A DNA stretch of 64,000 nucleotides from assembly GCA_964016885.1 (NCBI GenBank), contig OZ024741.1, positions 234,856,001 through 234,920,000 of the forward strand. Reading direction: 5' to 3'. The DNA comes from Eledone cirrhosa. Its lineage: Eukaryota. The notes under the pieces are model-generated. The model was given only the letters and a program-made list of their open reading frames with translations, was not told the DNA's origin and did no database searches. Position 1 is the first letter of the stretch. Every line of letters begins with the position of its first letter. The position numbers and the translations under genes are program-made. Positions 1-10,983 of this stretch are shown in pieces.

Positions 1-127
1 TCCATAACTCCTATGGGTGGAGTCGGGTCCATAACTCCTATGGGTGGAGTCAGGTCCATAACTCCTATGGGTGGAGTCAGGTCCATAACTCCTATGGGTG
101 GAGTCAGGTCCATAACTCCTATGGGTG
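1..127. repeat. 27-bp tandem repeat, ~4.7 copies visible (may extend beyond the window start)
   Basis: Unit tccataactcctatgggtggagtcagg at 1, 28, 55, 82, 109; explains the [12 protein letters not shown]. Confidence 0.95.
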
Positions 128-243
128 ACCTTGAGCCAATCCTCTGCAAAAAGTACAATACAGGTCGATACACAATATATGTCTTTTATATGTAAACAAA
201 ACTTCCTTGTTTTTTCCTATTATATATATATATTAAACAACAC

Positions 244-296
<53 letters not shown>

Positions 297-297
297 C

Positions 298-332
<35 letters not shown>

Positions 333-417
333 CATATATACATGTGTTGTTATTTCTGTTTACCTTTTACACGTATATATATGTGTGTGTGAGTGTGTAT
401 GTATATATATATATATA

Positions 418-550
418 AATGAAGTAATTCCGTCGGAAAAGTCCAGGAAAAAAGAGTGCTCTCTCTCTCTCTATATATATATATAGTCCAGGAAAAAAGA
501 GTGCTCTCTCTCTCTCTCTATATATATATATAGTCCAGGAAAAAAGAGTG

Positions 551-586
<36 letters not shown>

Positions 587-734
587 CAGGAAAAAAGAGT
601 GCTCTCTCTCTCTCTATATATATATATATAGTCCAGGAAAAAAGAGTGCTCTATATATATATATATATATATAGTCCAGGAAAAAAGAGTGCTCTATATA
701 TATATATATATATATAGTCCAGGAAAAAAGAGTG

Positions 735-765
<31 letters not shown>

Positions 766-790
766 GTCCAGGAAAAAAGAGTGCTCTATA
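418..790. repeat. Eight copies of a 22-nt motif separated by variable (CT)n(AT)n tracts; derived from the end of the hammerhead element at 33543/53352
   Basis: gtccaggaaaaaagagtgctct at 441, 486, 533, 584, 631, 674, 717, 766. The first copy is preceded by aaatgaagtaattccgtcggaaaa, as at 53352 and (one mismatch) 33543. Confidence 0.9.
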
Positions 791-827
791 TATATATATA
801 TATACACACACGGTTGAACTCTCAGTA

Positions 828-880
828 GATATCTGAAGAATTAGATGTGTTTGCATATCTATGAAACTCAAAGTAATGGC
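828..880 (+). ncRNA. Type I hammerhead ribozyme motif (weak stem I)
   Basis: CTGAAGA 833-839; stem II tagatgtg/catatcta; GAAA 863-866; stem III A-ct-caa-ag-T; GUA site; stem I gatat/atggc is imperfect. Confidence 0.5.
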
Positions 881-1309
881 CCTAGGAGTCATTAGCTGGT
901 ATCTTGTGTTTGTATGTATGTATGTGTATGCATGTATGTATCTATGTGTATATATATGTGTATATATATATGTATATTTGTATGTATGCGTGGTGTGTGT
1001 ATGAATGTTTGTATATGTATGTGTATGCATTATCTGTATGTATTTACATGTGTGTGTGTTTACTATCTCAGTCCTTCTCTAAGACTATATGATATGTGTT
1101 TAACCAATCTAATGTGACTCCTTCCTCACTGGCTGACCAATGCATTATGACCCCACTTCTTATAAAATAACCAATCACTGTGTTACAATTTCTAATAAAA
1201 CTGTGAAGCAGTTCTTACTGCTAACCAATGAGGAATAAAACAATAATTTATTCAATTTTCAATTATGATTTCATTATTGTTATTATTATTTTTATTAATA
1301 TTATTATTA

Positions 1310-2110
1310 TTGGATTGGCAGTATTGGTAGAGGGTCGGATGCCATGCTTTGACGTATAGAGTTACGGCCCTTGCCATTCTGAGTTCAAATCCCGCATAGG
1401 TTGACTTTGCCTTTCATCCTTACGGGGTCGATAAAATAAAGTACCAGTAATACACTGGGTATTTGCTGGCCTTGTGCCAAAAGTAGAAACAATTATTATT
1501 ATTATTATTATTATTAATAATTTAGGCACAAGGCCAGTAACTTAGAAGACAGTAATGTCAATTGAAACAACCCAATACTTTACTGCTACTTTATTTGATC
1601 GACTCTGAGAGTCGAACTCAGAACAGTTATGGCCCCTTATGTTCTCAGTTCAAATCCTGCTGAGGTTAGCTTTACCTTTCATCTTTACAGGGTCGATAAA
1701 TTCAAGTACCAGTAACGTAATGGAGTGAATTTAATCGACTTTCCATTCATCCAAAAATTGTTGGCCTTGTCTCTCATTCTGCTGAGGTTAAGCTTTACTT
1801 TTTATCCTTACGGGGTCGATAAAATAAAATACTAGTAATGCACTGGCGTTGATTTCATCAACTCCCACTTCCCACATAATGGCCTTGTGCCTAAATCAGA
1901 TTGGCAGTATCAGTAGAGCGTCGGACACCATGATTAGATGCATGGAGTTACGGCCCTTTACGTTCTGAGTTCAAATCCCACCAAGGTTAGTTTTTCCTTT
2001 CATCCTTACGGGGTCGATAAAATAAAGGACCAGTAATGCACTGGGGTCGATTTAATTGACTTTCCTTTTCCTCCCAAAGTTGTTGGCCTTGTGCCTAAAT
2101 CAGAAACCAT
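1310..2110 (+). mobile_element. Cluster of about 4 SINE family A copies and fragments
   Basis: Recurrent ctgagttcaaatcc (B-box-like)...ctttgcctttcatccttacggggtcgataaaataaagtaccagt...ggccttgtgcc with (ATT)n tails; the same consensus recurs across the window. Confidence 0.8.
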
Positions 2111-2257
2111 AATTTGTTGTTAATATTGTTACAACAAAGTGAAACAGTTTTTGTCCAGGCACATACCAAGATACCTACAGAGGAAATTGAATTCTTGATC
2201 TACATGCAGTTAAATCCCTGCATATTATCAACTAAAATATTTTAGGCTTCTAATTCA

Positions 2258-2456
2258 CAGTCCACGACAGCATCGAGGGTACTTTAAAAAATTTTCCCAC
2301 TGACCAATCATTGCCTAGAAATCAATGGAGCTCGCCATGAAGTTCATCTTTTAACTAATTTTTTGCTTTCAGATTTAGGCGTATCATGCAACATCAAAGG
2401 CTGTGTTAAATTCTTTAAACAAGTTTCATTAATACCCTCGATGCTGTTGTGGACTG
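2258..2456. mobile_element. MITE with 24-bp terminal inverted repeats (CAGT...ACTG, Tc1/mariner-like ends)
   Basis: cagtccacgacagcatcgagggta (2258-2281) pairs with taccctcgatgctgttgtggactg (2433-2456), one mismatch. Confidence 0.7.
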
Positions 2457-2771
2457 CAAAAACTAAATAAATAAAAAACGACTAACAGAAACAATAAATA
2501 GACAGCAAAATGAATGGGAAGAAAGGAATAGGAAAAGTAAGAAATACATGATTGGTTAATACCCAGAATTGGCACAGTCTTAAATAGAGCGGAGGTGTAA
2601 GCCATGGTATTGAATTTGCTGAGACCAGACGATATCTGATGATGATGATTTATCGAATGGTTAACTTAGCTTTTAACATAAGGGGAAGCAACTCATCACT
2701 TTGTTTTTTTATTAGGTTTTTTTACAATGCTACACTCATACAAATCTGTATCATCATCATCATATATATTA

Positions 2772-2835
<64 letters not shown>

Positions 2836-3864
2836 TATACACATATATACGTACGCACACATTTATTTCATATAGAAGTGATTTCTACAGGACCAGAACT
2901 GTTTTGAACTGTTTCATTTACTTGATGTCTCTAGAAAAAAAAAAACTGAAATAAATATGTATCTTTTTGACTAATATACTGAGGACCTTATATGAATGTG
3001 GATATTTTTTCATCCTCTCTGGAAAACCATTTGTAATTATGTGTATGTGTGTGTGTAAATTGTATACAAATGTATACATACCTGAAACCTTATGCTCTCT
3101 CCGAACGCCAATCACTTTACAGAATGTACTAGGTGGATTTTATTGCGGTGCTAACACTAGTGAGTTTGCTTTGAATCTTGGGAGACTAAAGTAGTTCTCT
3201 TGCCAACATCTTCACTCATTCAAAACACATATCCTGGAAGGTAGATAGAAGTGTCAATGTGAGTAAGTAAAGGGTAGTGAGGGCATGGTAGGAAAAACAG
3301 AAAGAATTGGTGTGTAGGGACAGCAGACAGGGGTGAAGCCAGATTGTAATGTTAGAGGGAGTGAACATGTAAAGAAGGGTGCCACAACGCATACTAGATA
3401 ATTTTAAACTCATTATTCATTTTTATTTAGCATTTAAAATGAAGGAAGATGCAGTTTTAAAGAAAGTGCACAATTACTATTTTGTATTTAAAACCATGAT
3501 GCAAAAAAGAATTACAGTACGCTTATGAATCTCAAAACATTATAAAAATATGTGTCTATCATCAGTGTGCTGGGCCTGACCAGTCAGGTGACTAGGTCCT
3601 TATACACTTTTTGTTTTGGCTTTTACTGCAGGATGCCCTTCCTAAAACCTACCACTTTATAAAAAGTACTGGGAGCATTTTATTGTGACTTTGGGACTAC
3701 CGCCATACAAGCTGGACTGAGTGTCTTTTGTTGTGGCACCAGCACTACTACCTTACAGGGTAAACTGGATGCTTTTGTCATGGCACCAGCACTACTTCCT
3801 TACAGCACTAAGGTGCTTTGTGTCCTTGGTCTTGCTGGGGGGTTATTTAATTATTTTAATTTTA

Positions 3865-4960
3865 AAAGAACAACTCTTTTATCAATTCTTTGTTCTAGCA
3901 AAGTTATTTATTAGTTTATTAAAATCTATCTCAGAAGCCAACTCTCTTTCAATGGAGAGCAAAATTATCCATTACATTATTAAAATACAACTCAGTAGTG
4001 AGTTCTCATTCAATGAAGAGCAAAGCTAACGCATACAATCTATCTTAGTCCGATGTAAAGTGAAGGTAGGTCTTTATGTGTTCTATCCAATTAAAGGATC
4101 CTTCTGCATCTATGCTAGTTATTGGTAAGGTTAGAAAACTGTGGTACATATCAACAGGTGAACATGTCATTAGCAATCATGAATTTAAACACATTACTGA
4201 TAGTTTCTTGACATTTGAATTTGCTTTACTACTAGGGCTCCTTATTTCTTTGTATATTGTCTTTGAATGAAAGAAACTTTTATTCAATTTAAGTTTGACT
4301 GTTGATGATGTCTGAGTACATGTCTTCTAAGAATTCTAATTTATTCACATTATCTGAGTTGTCAAAATGTTTTGGATTTAAAACACTCATTTTGGAAGCC
4401 ATATTTTTAAAATGTACAAATCTTTTACTTGTTCTGTTTACAATAGTATCTAAGGACTGTAAATAGGTTTAAACCATGAATTTCTTTTGAGAAGCAAATA
4501 TTCTTTCATCCTCTGCAATTTCATCATGTAATCTTTTTTCTTTTATGTTCTCTGTGCTGGTTGTATTCTGTATTAATATCACTTTCGGGTCAATTCAGTT
4601 GCTTCATTTTCATCTTTGTCATCATCACCATTATTGTCATTGTCATGGTCTAGAATAAATGATCAATTAAGAATTCATACGTACTGAGCGTTTCCTATGT
4701 ACTGTTTACCTTAATGAGCTGCACAGGAGTACAGTTTGTTTTTAATTTCAACATCCAGAATTCTTTGGCAAGCAGCTACTAGTGCTGAAAAATTCTGCAA
4801 GACTGCCTCTACTGCTGACCGTAGCACATAGATATTAAGAATAATTAATGTTTGATTGCTCAGAAAAGAATGTTGAAAAATTCTTCAGTCCTTGCTTCTA
4901 AGGTCATGTGATAAAAAATGAAAATAACGAGATTCTACTTTTATTATACAAGTGAACTAA
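3865..4960 (-). pseudogene. Decayed hAT-family transposase, C-terminal part with dimerization domain
   Basis: Minus-strand fragments read KRLHDEIAEDERI, LDTIVNRTSKRF, FLTLPITSIDAEGSF, TYL...DRLYALALL and LSIERELASEIDFNKLINNFA, resembling the hAT TLPVTVASAERSFS...LSIE consensus. Many stops and frameshifts; ends approximate. Confidence 0.7.
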
Positions 4961-5548
4961 AGAATTAAAATGTTGTTGGAAAATTTGTTCAAGGGAAGTA
5001 GTTGCTCTCTTCGCTCTCTCTCACTAGATGCACCACTGGTGGCAGAGTGGGCGTAATAGGAGAGAGATAGTGCTGGAAGAAGTAATAGAGAAGCAACAGT
5101 AATGGGAGAAGGGAGCGAGTATAATGGAAGTCATATTACTGGAGAGAGTAATGGCAACTACAAGTTTGATTGTGAGTAAGTGAGTGATGAGTGTCAAAGA
5201 GAAGTGGTCTTAGAGAAAGGGAGTGATGGCTAGCAACACAGAGAGGCTGAAGATCAGATGTAAGGGGTATAAATCGATGTGATGTAAAATCGAATAGGTG
5301 TAAACTGTTTGGAAAGTTGTCTTGCACTATGCCTGTAATTCAAAGGGCCGGCCTTTTTGTGTCACATTGAATCTCCCTGAGAATTTCGTTAAAAGTACAC
5401 ATTTCAGTAGAATGCTCAGTTACTTATACATTAATTTCATGAATAAGCTGTTCTGCTGACTGAACAACTGGAATACTTGTTGGAACAGATGGATCCATGT
5501 CTGTATGTAAGCCAAAAGATAAAAATACTCTTTAAATTCAAACTTGAA

Positions 5549-5717
5549 TTAGATTTAAACTGGCCAGAATTTTCTCATCTCTTTCTGTTGAAACTGGCCA
5601 CTTATACCGATGTTAAGGTATTGTTCTCAATATAAATAATATCAAAATCTCATAGAATCGATATTACCGTGTAAATGCAATAGTAAATATAGAGTAATGT
5701 AAATGCTAAAGGGTTAA
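5549..5717. mobile_element. Partial copy of the TTAA-flanked MITE at 23423-23619
   Basis: Collinear with the 23.4-kb copy; ends aatgctaaaggg-TTAA; left end missing. Confidence 0.7.
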
Positions 5718-7412
5718 ATTATGTTACAAAAGTCTTGAATTACTTGCGGCAAATAGAGAAGCATAGAAAGTTACGATTTGGAGCGTTGTTAAAGATTTAG
5801 AACCAGGAGTCAAGTTTGCTGAAGTTGGTAAAAATCAGATTAATAGCAAAAGCAAAGGGAATGATTCCCATTCTTTCTTAAAATATTCCTCATGCTGGTC
5901 TGAGAATGCACCATTGCACCCATGAGGGTGAGGCACACATGAATTATTGGAATTTCATTCCAGATGATCAATTTCAATGTCATGTTTGTCAAAAAAACTG
6001 GAGGATTGAAATGGCATTTGAACATTCATAATAAACAAATGAAAAATTGAGCCACCAATGCTGAAATGAGACATTGCTGCAGTATATGCTGTCAGCTCTT
6101 CGTCTTTCAGGGCTCAAAAGTCATTTAAGATCTCTAGCTAGGAAAGAGCAGACAACCATGTATGTATGTAAGCATGTATGTATGTGTAAGCATGTATGTA
6201 TGAGCAAGCATGTATGTATATAAGCATGTATGTATGTAAGCATGTATTATATGTATACAGTACTATTAGCCATCTAATGTACAGCTAAGATAAGCCAACC
6301 AATTAGCTGAAAAGAAGTGTGACATCATCTGATGACAGTGGAAGAGGTTTTACATCTGAGACATCATGAAGCTCATTAATAACATTTCAAATATTTCAAT
6401 GAAATAAAGACAGAACAATAAAGATAAGATATTATTCTTTAATATTTATATTATGAAACAGAACAGGTTATATATGTATATGTATGTACATTTGGTTAGT
6501 TATATGTGAATTTATGAGATAATTAATATATATATCTATATTTATATATATACACACACAGACACATAAATAGCTTTACTCACAAACACACACAATTTAA
6601 TGAATGTTTATATATACATACATCAAATTGTGTGTACATATAGTAAAAAAGGGAGGTGAAGAACTTGTGTGAGAGAATTACTTTGTGGACAGTAACTTTA
6701 ATACTTAGTGTCTATGTTTGCTTGGAAACCTTTGAAAGAAATTCATATTATGATATGGTCCCACATTTAGAGTTAACCACTACCATCACCATTATTGTTA
6801 TGACCAACATCAACATCAACATCATAATTAGCCTCAATTTTCTCATTCAGTTTGGATATTTTAACGTTGGAAGAAACAAATATAAATAAATAAAAATAAA
6901 AATGCCCTCCACATGACAGGAAGTAGTTTTCAAACAATTTATCTTTCATTTTGTTTTGTTTCTCCAACATTTAACATCAATATACCTAATGTAGGTATAT
7001 TGATGTAGCCAATGTAAGTTGAAAGAACAAGAACATCTGTTCCTTAAGTCACACAAACATACAGGAAGGATGTTGTTGATTATATCAGCCCCTGATATAT
7101 GGCTGGTATGTGTGTAGTCTCCACCTCGGCAAGAGATGAAAAGCAGCAAAAAAAAAAAAAAAAAAAAAAGACAGAATTTCAACTGAGATTGAAGAAAGAT
7201 GGGACTAAACAAACACCACAAGGTATTCATGTATTCAATCCAACAATGACAACAACAACGTTATCAATCAAACCCAAAGATATGTTTAAGCTTTGCTTTT
7301 TGTTGTTGTTTACTGGCTTATTTTTTTGTTGTTTTGTTTTTCTTTCTTTTTCAGCTTCAACATGTTTAATTCAACAAAAAAATTGTATTGCAGAAAAAAA
7401 AAATAATAATAA

Positions 7413-7455
<43 letters not shown>

Positions 7456-8181
7456 ACAAACATTTTTTCCCAGAAACTAAAAAAAAAAGTAATGTTTACC
7501 AAACTTAAACAAATAACAAAAAGAAAAATTTCTAAACCATAGAAAAAAAAACTTTTTTAAAAAGGAAATAAATAACTGAATATAAAAAAAAATCTTTAAA
7601 ATGTCTGGCTTCAATATATCTTAAAGAAATAAAATAGAGACTGTTTTGTTGTTGGTGGTGATGATGATGATGATGATGATTGAGTGATGGTGATGATTGA
7701 GGTTATGGTGGTGATAGTGATGATTGAGGTTGTGGTGGTGATGATGATGTGATAATGATGACAAGCCAGGAGTGCAGAGATTTCAATGAAACTTATCACA
7801 TAGAAATAATTTAGAAGAGGTTTTCTTAATATGATGAAGATGTTTACACATTTGCCATATATAAGTACTGGAAGGGGATGGGTGAGTACTGAAAGGAGTG
7901 GAAGAGTTTAGGGAAACTTGCAGTGTATAGTAATGGTGGTGGTGGAGAAGGAGGACAAAGATATCCAGGGAGGTAAACTTTGATTTTCTATTATTTTTCT
8001 TCTTGGAAAATAAGGAACGAAGAGGATATTTTCATTCCTATATATTTAAACTCCCTAAAATGAGACCAAGATCTATTGGAGGTGAATTCATTTTGTTCAC
8101 ACACACACACATACATACATATACATATATATATATTCAATGATATTAAATAAATGGAAACTTTATTTATAAAACCATATT

Positions 8182-8242
8182 TATTCTATTATATATATTT
8201 CAAGGGTACCAAAACTTTGGTATGCTCTCATCAGATAAAATA
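8182..8242 (-). ncRNA. Type I hammerhead ribozyme
   Basis: Minus strand: tattttat-CTGATGA-gagcatacca..tggtaccctt-GAAA-tatata-TA-atagaata; 8-bp stem I; palindromic stem III. Confidence 0.8.
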
Positions 8243-8358
8243 CAAAGTTTGTTTTATAAATTTTGACATAACCTAAACAAGATATGTTAACGGTTCAAGT
8301 TTTTCTACCGTTAAGGTATCTTTTCTTGGTTATGTCAAACTTTATAAAACAAACTTTG

Positions 8359-8419
8359 TATTTTATCTGATGAAAGCATACCAAAGTTTTGGTACCCTTG
8401 AAATATATATAATAGAATA
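8359..8419 (+). ncRNA. Type I hammerhead ribozyme
   Basis: tattttat-CTGATGA(8367-8373)-aagcatacca..tggtaccctt-GAAA(8400-8403)-tatata-TA-atagaata; AUA site; predicted cleavage after 8411. Confidence 0.8.
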
Positions 8420-8677
8420 AATATGGTTTTATAAATATAGTTTCCATTTATTTAATATCATTGAATGTTATACTCCAGAAAACCTGTCGAGTGCTCTGAA
8501 TCAGTTATAAGCATTTATATTTGTTGAATTACCAACAAATTGAATATCCCTTTTGCTTATATATCTATATATATATATTATAATGAAAATAAAAAGTTAC
8601 GGGCGAAAGAGGGTATTATCCATCATCAGTTGTCTGCTAGGAATCATCGATATATCTTTGTGTTAGATTATATATAT

Positions 8678-8775
8678 ATATTTATTAAAATAACAGATTA
8701 AAGTTTAAGCAAAGAATCATAGGGTGAAAGCAGCGATTCTTTGCTTAAACTTTAATCTGTTATTTTAATAAATAT
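8678..8775. repeat. Perfect 41-bp inverted repeat with 16-nt spacer
   Basis: 8678-8718 is the exact reverse complement of 8735-8775. Confidence 0.9.
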
Positions 8776-8861
8776 TTGCTCTAGGATTCTTATATATTTG
8801 ATATATATTTATCTTTATCGAGCCCTCTTTGGATTTTAGTCTTCACATTTATTATTATTAC

Positions 8862-8895
<34 letters not shown>

Positions 8896-8929
8896 CATAT
8901 ATATATACATACATATATCATCATCATCA

Positions 8930-9595
8930 TCATCACCGTTTTTACGTCCGTTCTTCCATGCTAGGGTTAGACAGGTTGTCCTGTTGTGGGCAGTGTCCGG
9001 TTGGCTGACCTTATCTTGCTCATACGGGAACTGATTCTGGCTTGATTTTACAGTGTAGGCTGGGTGCTTTTTTTGCTGTGGCACCTCCATGACCACTTTG
9101 CAGTGGAATGATAGGGACCCCAGTCCTATCATCTCATTTCTACAGCTGAGTAAACTGGAGCAATGTGAAATAAAGTGTCTTACTCAAAGAAACAACACAC
9201 CACCCGGTCCAAGAATTGAACTCACAACCTTTCGATTGCAAGCCATGAGCCTTCATCACTAAGCCATATCATCATCATCATCATCACCGTTTTACGTCCG
9301 TTCTTCCACGCAACATGGGTTAGACGGGAAAAGAGAAAAGCTGGATGCCCTTCCTAACACCAACCTCATTTACAGTGAGTGCTGGGTGCTTTTTTGCCGT
9401 GGCGCCTACACGTCCAGTTTGCAGTGGAATGATAGGGAACCCAGTCCCTATCATCTCATTTCTACAGCTGAGTAAACTGGAGCAATGTGAAATAAAGTGT
9501 TTTGCTCAAGGAAACAACACATCACTCGGTCTGAGAATTGAACTCACAACCTTTCGATTGCAAGGCCAATGCTCTAACCACTAAGCCATGTGCCT
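8930..9595 (-). mobile_element. Two tandem tRNA-derived SINE family B copies
   Basis: Minus-strand head tggcttagtggttagagc...gtgagttcaattct (A/B boxes), body ccttgagcaa..cactttatttcacattgctccag, (GAT)n tail; same family at 19720, 27118, 37015. Confidence 0.8.
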
Positions 9596-10403
9596 CCACA
9601 TATAATGCATACATACACCAAAACCACACATTGAAATACAGAAGATTATTTTTGTTTTGTTTTTTGTTTTCTTCAAGAAACCTGACAAGGTAGATGTGAA
9701 ACTGTGGAAAGAAAGAATCAATAGTTTAGCAGTGTTGTGATTATGATAGCTACTGTCCAACTGTATATATATATATGTATATTCATTTACGTAGACACAC
9801 ACACATAAATATATATATATATATTTATATATAAATAAATATAAATATACATATACATATATATAATATATATATTCACACGCACACACAACTATATATG
9901 AAAATGTAGCAGAAGAGAAAGACATTGTTGTTTCAGGGGAGGAAACAAAGAGTTCGACTAAAGGGAGATAATAATGCACAATTACAAAAAAAAACAAAAC
10001 AAAATATCTATATACATAAAAAGATCTTCATGGAAATAATGAAGAGAACAAAAAATAAATAAAATGTTCCAGTTCTTTTTCTTCTTAGTTTTTTTCTCCA
10101 GAAAAAGAAGAAAATATCTTGTACAAAATTTCTATCAATTTATTTATCAGGTTTTTGATTGAACAAGAGTCATTTCTGTTGTATTTGTTTTCTCTCCTCT
10201 GTTCTCTTGTTTTTTTCTTTCTTTTCATGTCTCTTCTACATGGTAATGTGGATTGAATTAATAACAATATGTTCAGCAACCCACCCCAACAGTCATTGTT
10301 TTAATAGTCATATTATCATCATCTTCATCATTGTTTCAACCTTGTCTTTTTACATGCCACATTGTATGGTTGTGGCAATCCTTAGGTAATATTTCTATCC
10401 TTC

Positions 10404-10459
<56 letters not shown>

Positions 10460-10609
10460 CATATACATATATATGTATATATACACACATATATATATAA
10501 ATATATATTATATATTTACATTTACTTTATCAATATATTATATTTTTTTAATATATCACTTTGTTATTATTATTATTTGTATATCTTCATTGTTAAATTA
10601 GTCTTGCCA

Positions 10610-10715
10610 TTGTGCACTTTTACTTGACCTTATTGTAAACCCCCACTGTCCCTGTCTTTGTATTGTCCCCTACATGTCGGCCATTGTGGCCAATAAATGA
10701 AATCATTATTATTAT
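10610..10715 (+). mobile_element. Probable 3' terminal fragment of a LINE-like repeat
   Basis: tgtaaacccc...gtcccc...ttgtggccaataaa then a simple-repeat tail; homologous ends at 50410-50570 (-), 52065-52225 and 52235-52320. Confidence 0.5.
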
Positions 10716-10983
10716 TGCTGTAGGTATCATAATCCAAATTATCAGATTGTCTCTCTTATTATTTATATTACTTTTCTGTTCTTTTTCATAATTATCAAGA
10801 CAAAAAATGTGGCATTATATTACTTAGATTTGTGTAATATGTATTGTCTCGCCTCTGTATCAGTGTTGTCCTCAATGTCTACTAAATTACTTTAGTAGCC
10901 ACAGATGGACAGACATAAGTTCCCACATACACAGGCACAGACAGATAAAACAACAACTGTTTCCATAAGTTGTTTTATCTGCA

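Larger units (their letters stand above)
8135..8560. mobile_element. Non-coding Penelope-type pLTR/retrozyme-like insert forming a ~160-bp fold-back
   Basis: 8135-8294 is the reverse complement of 8307-8466 (mismatches near the centre), flanked by (TA)n. Related fragments at 19570-19625, 26828-26995 and 55695-55855. Confidence 0.75.

Noticed and set aside
418-790. CRISPR-like repeat/spacer array
   Set aside because: Spacers are only (CT)n(AT)n microsatellite, there are no cas genes, the context is eukaryotic, and the repeat comes from a local mobile element.
6325-6375. Hammerhead at CTGATGA 6329 (also the boxes near 8623, 37670, 41189 and 55165)
   Set aside because: No correctly placed GAAA...UH with closing stems I and III.
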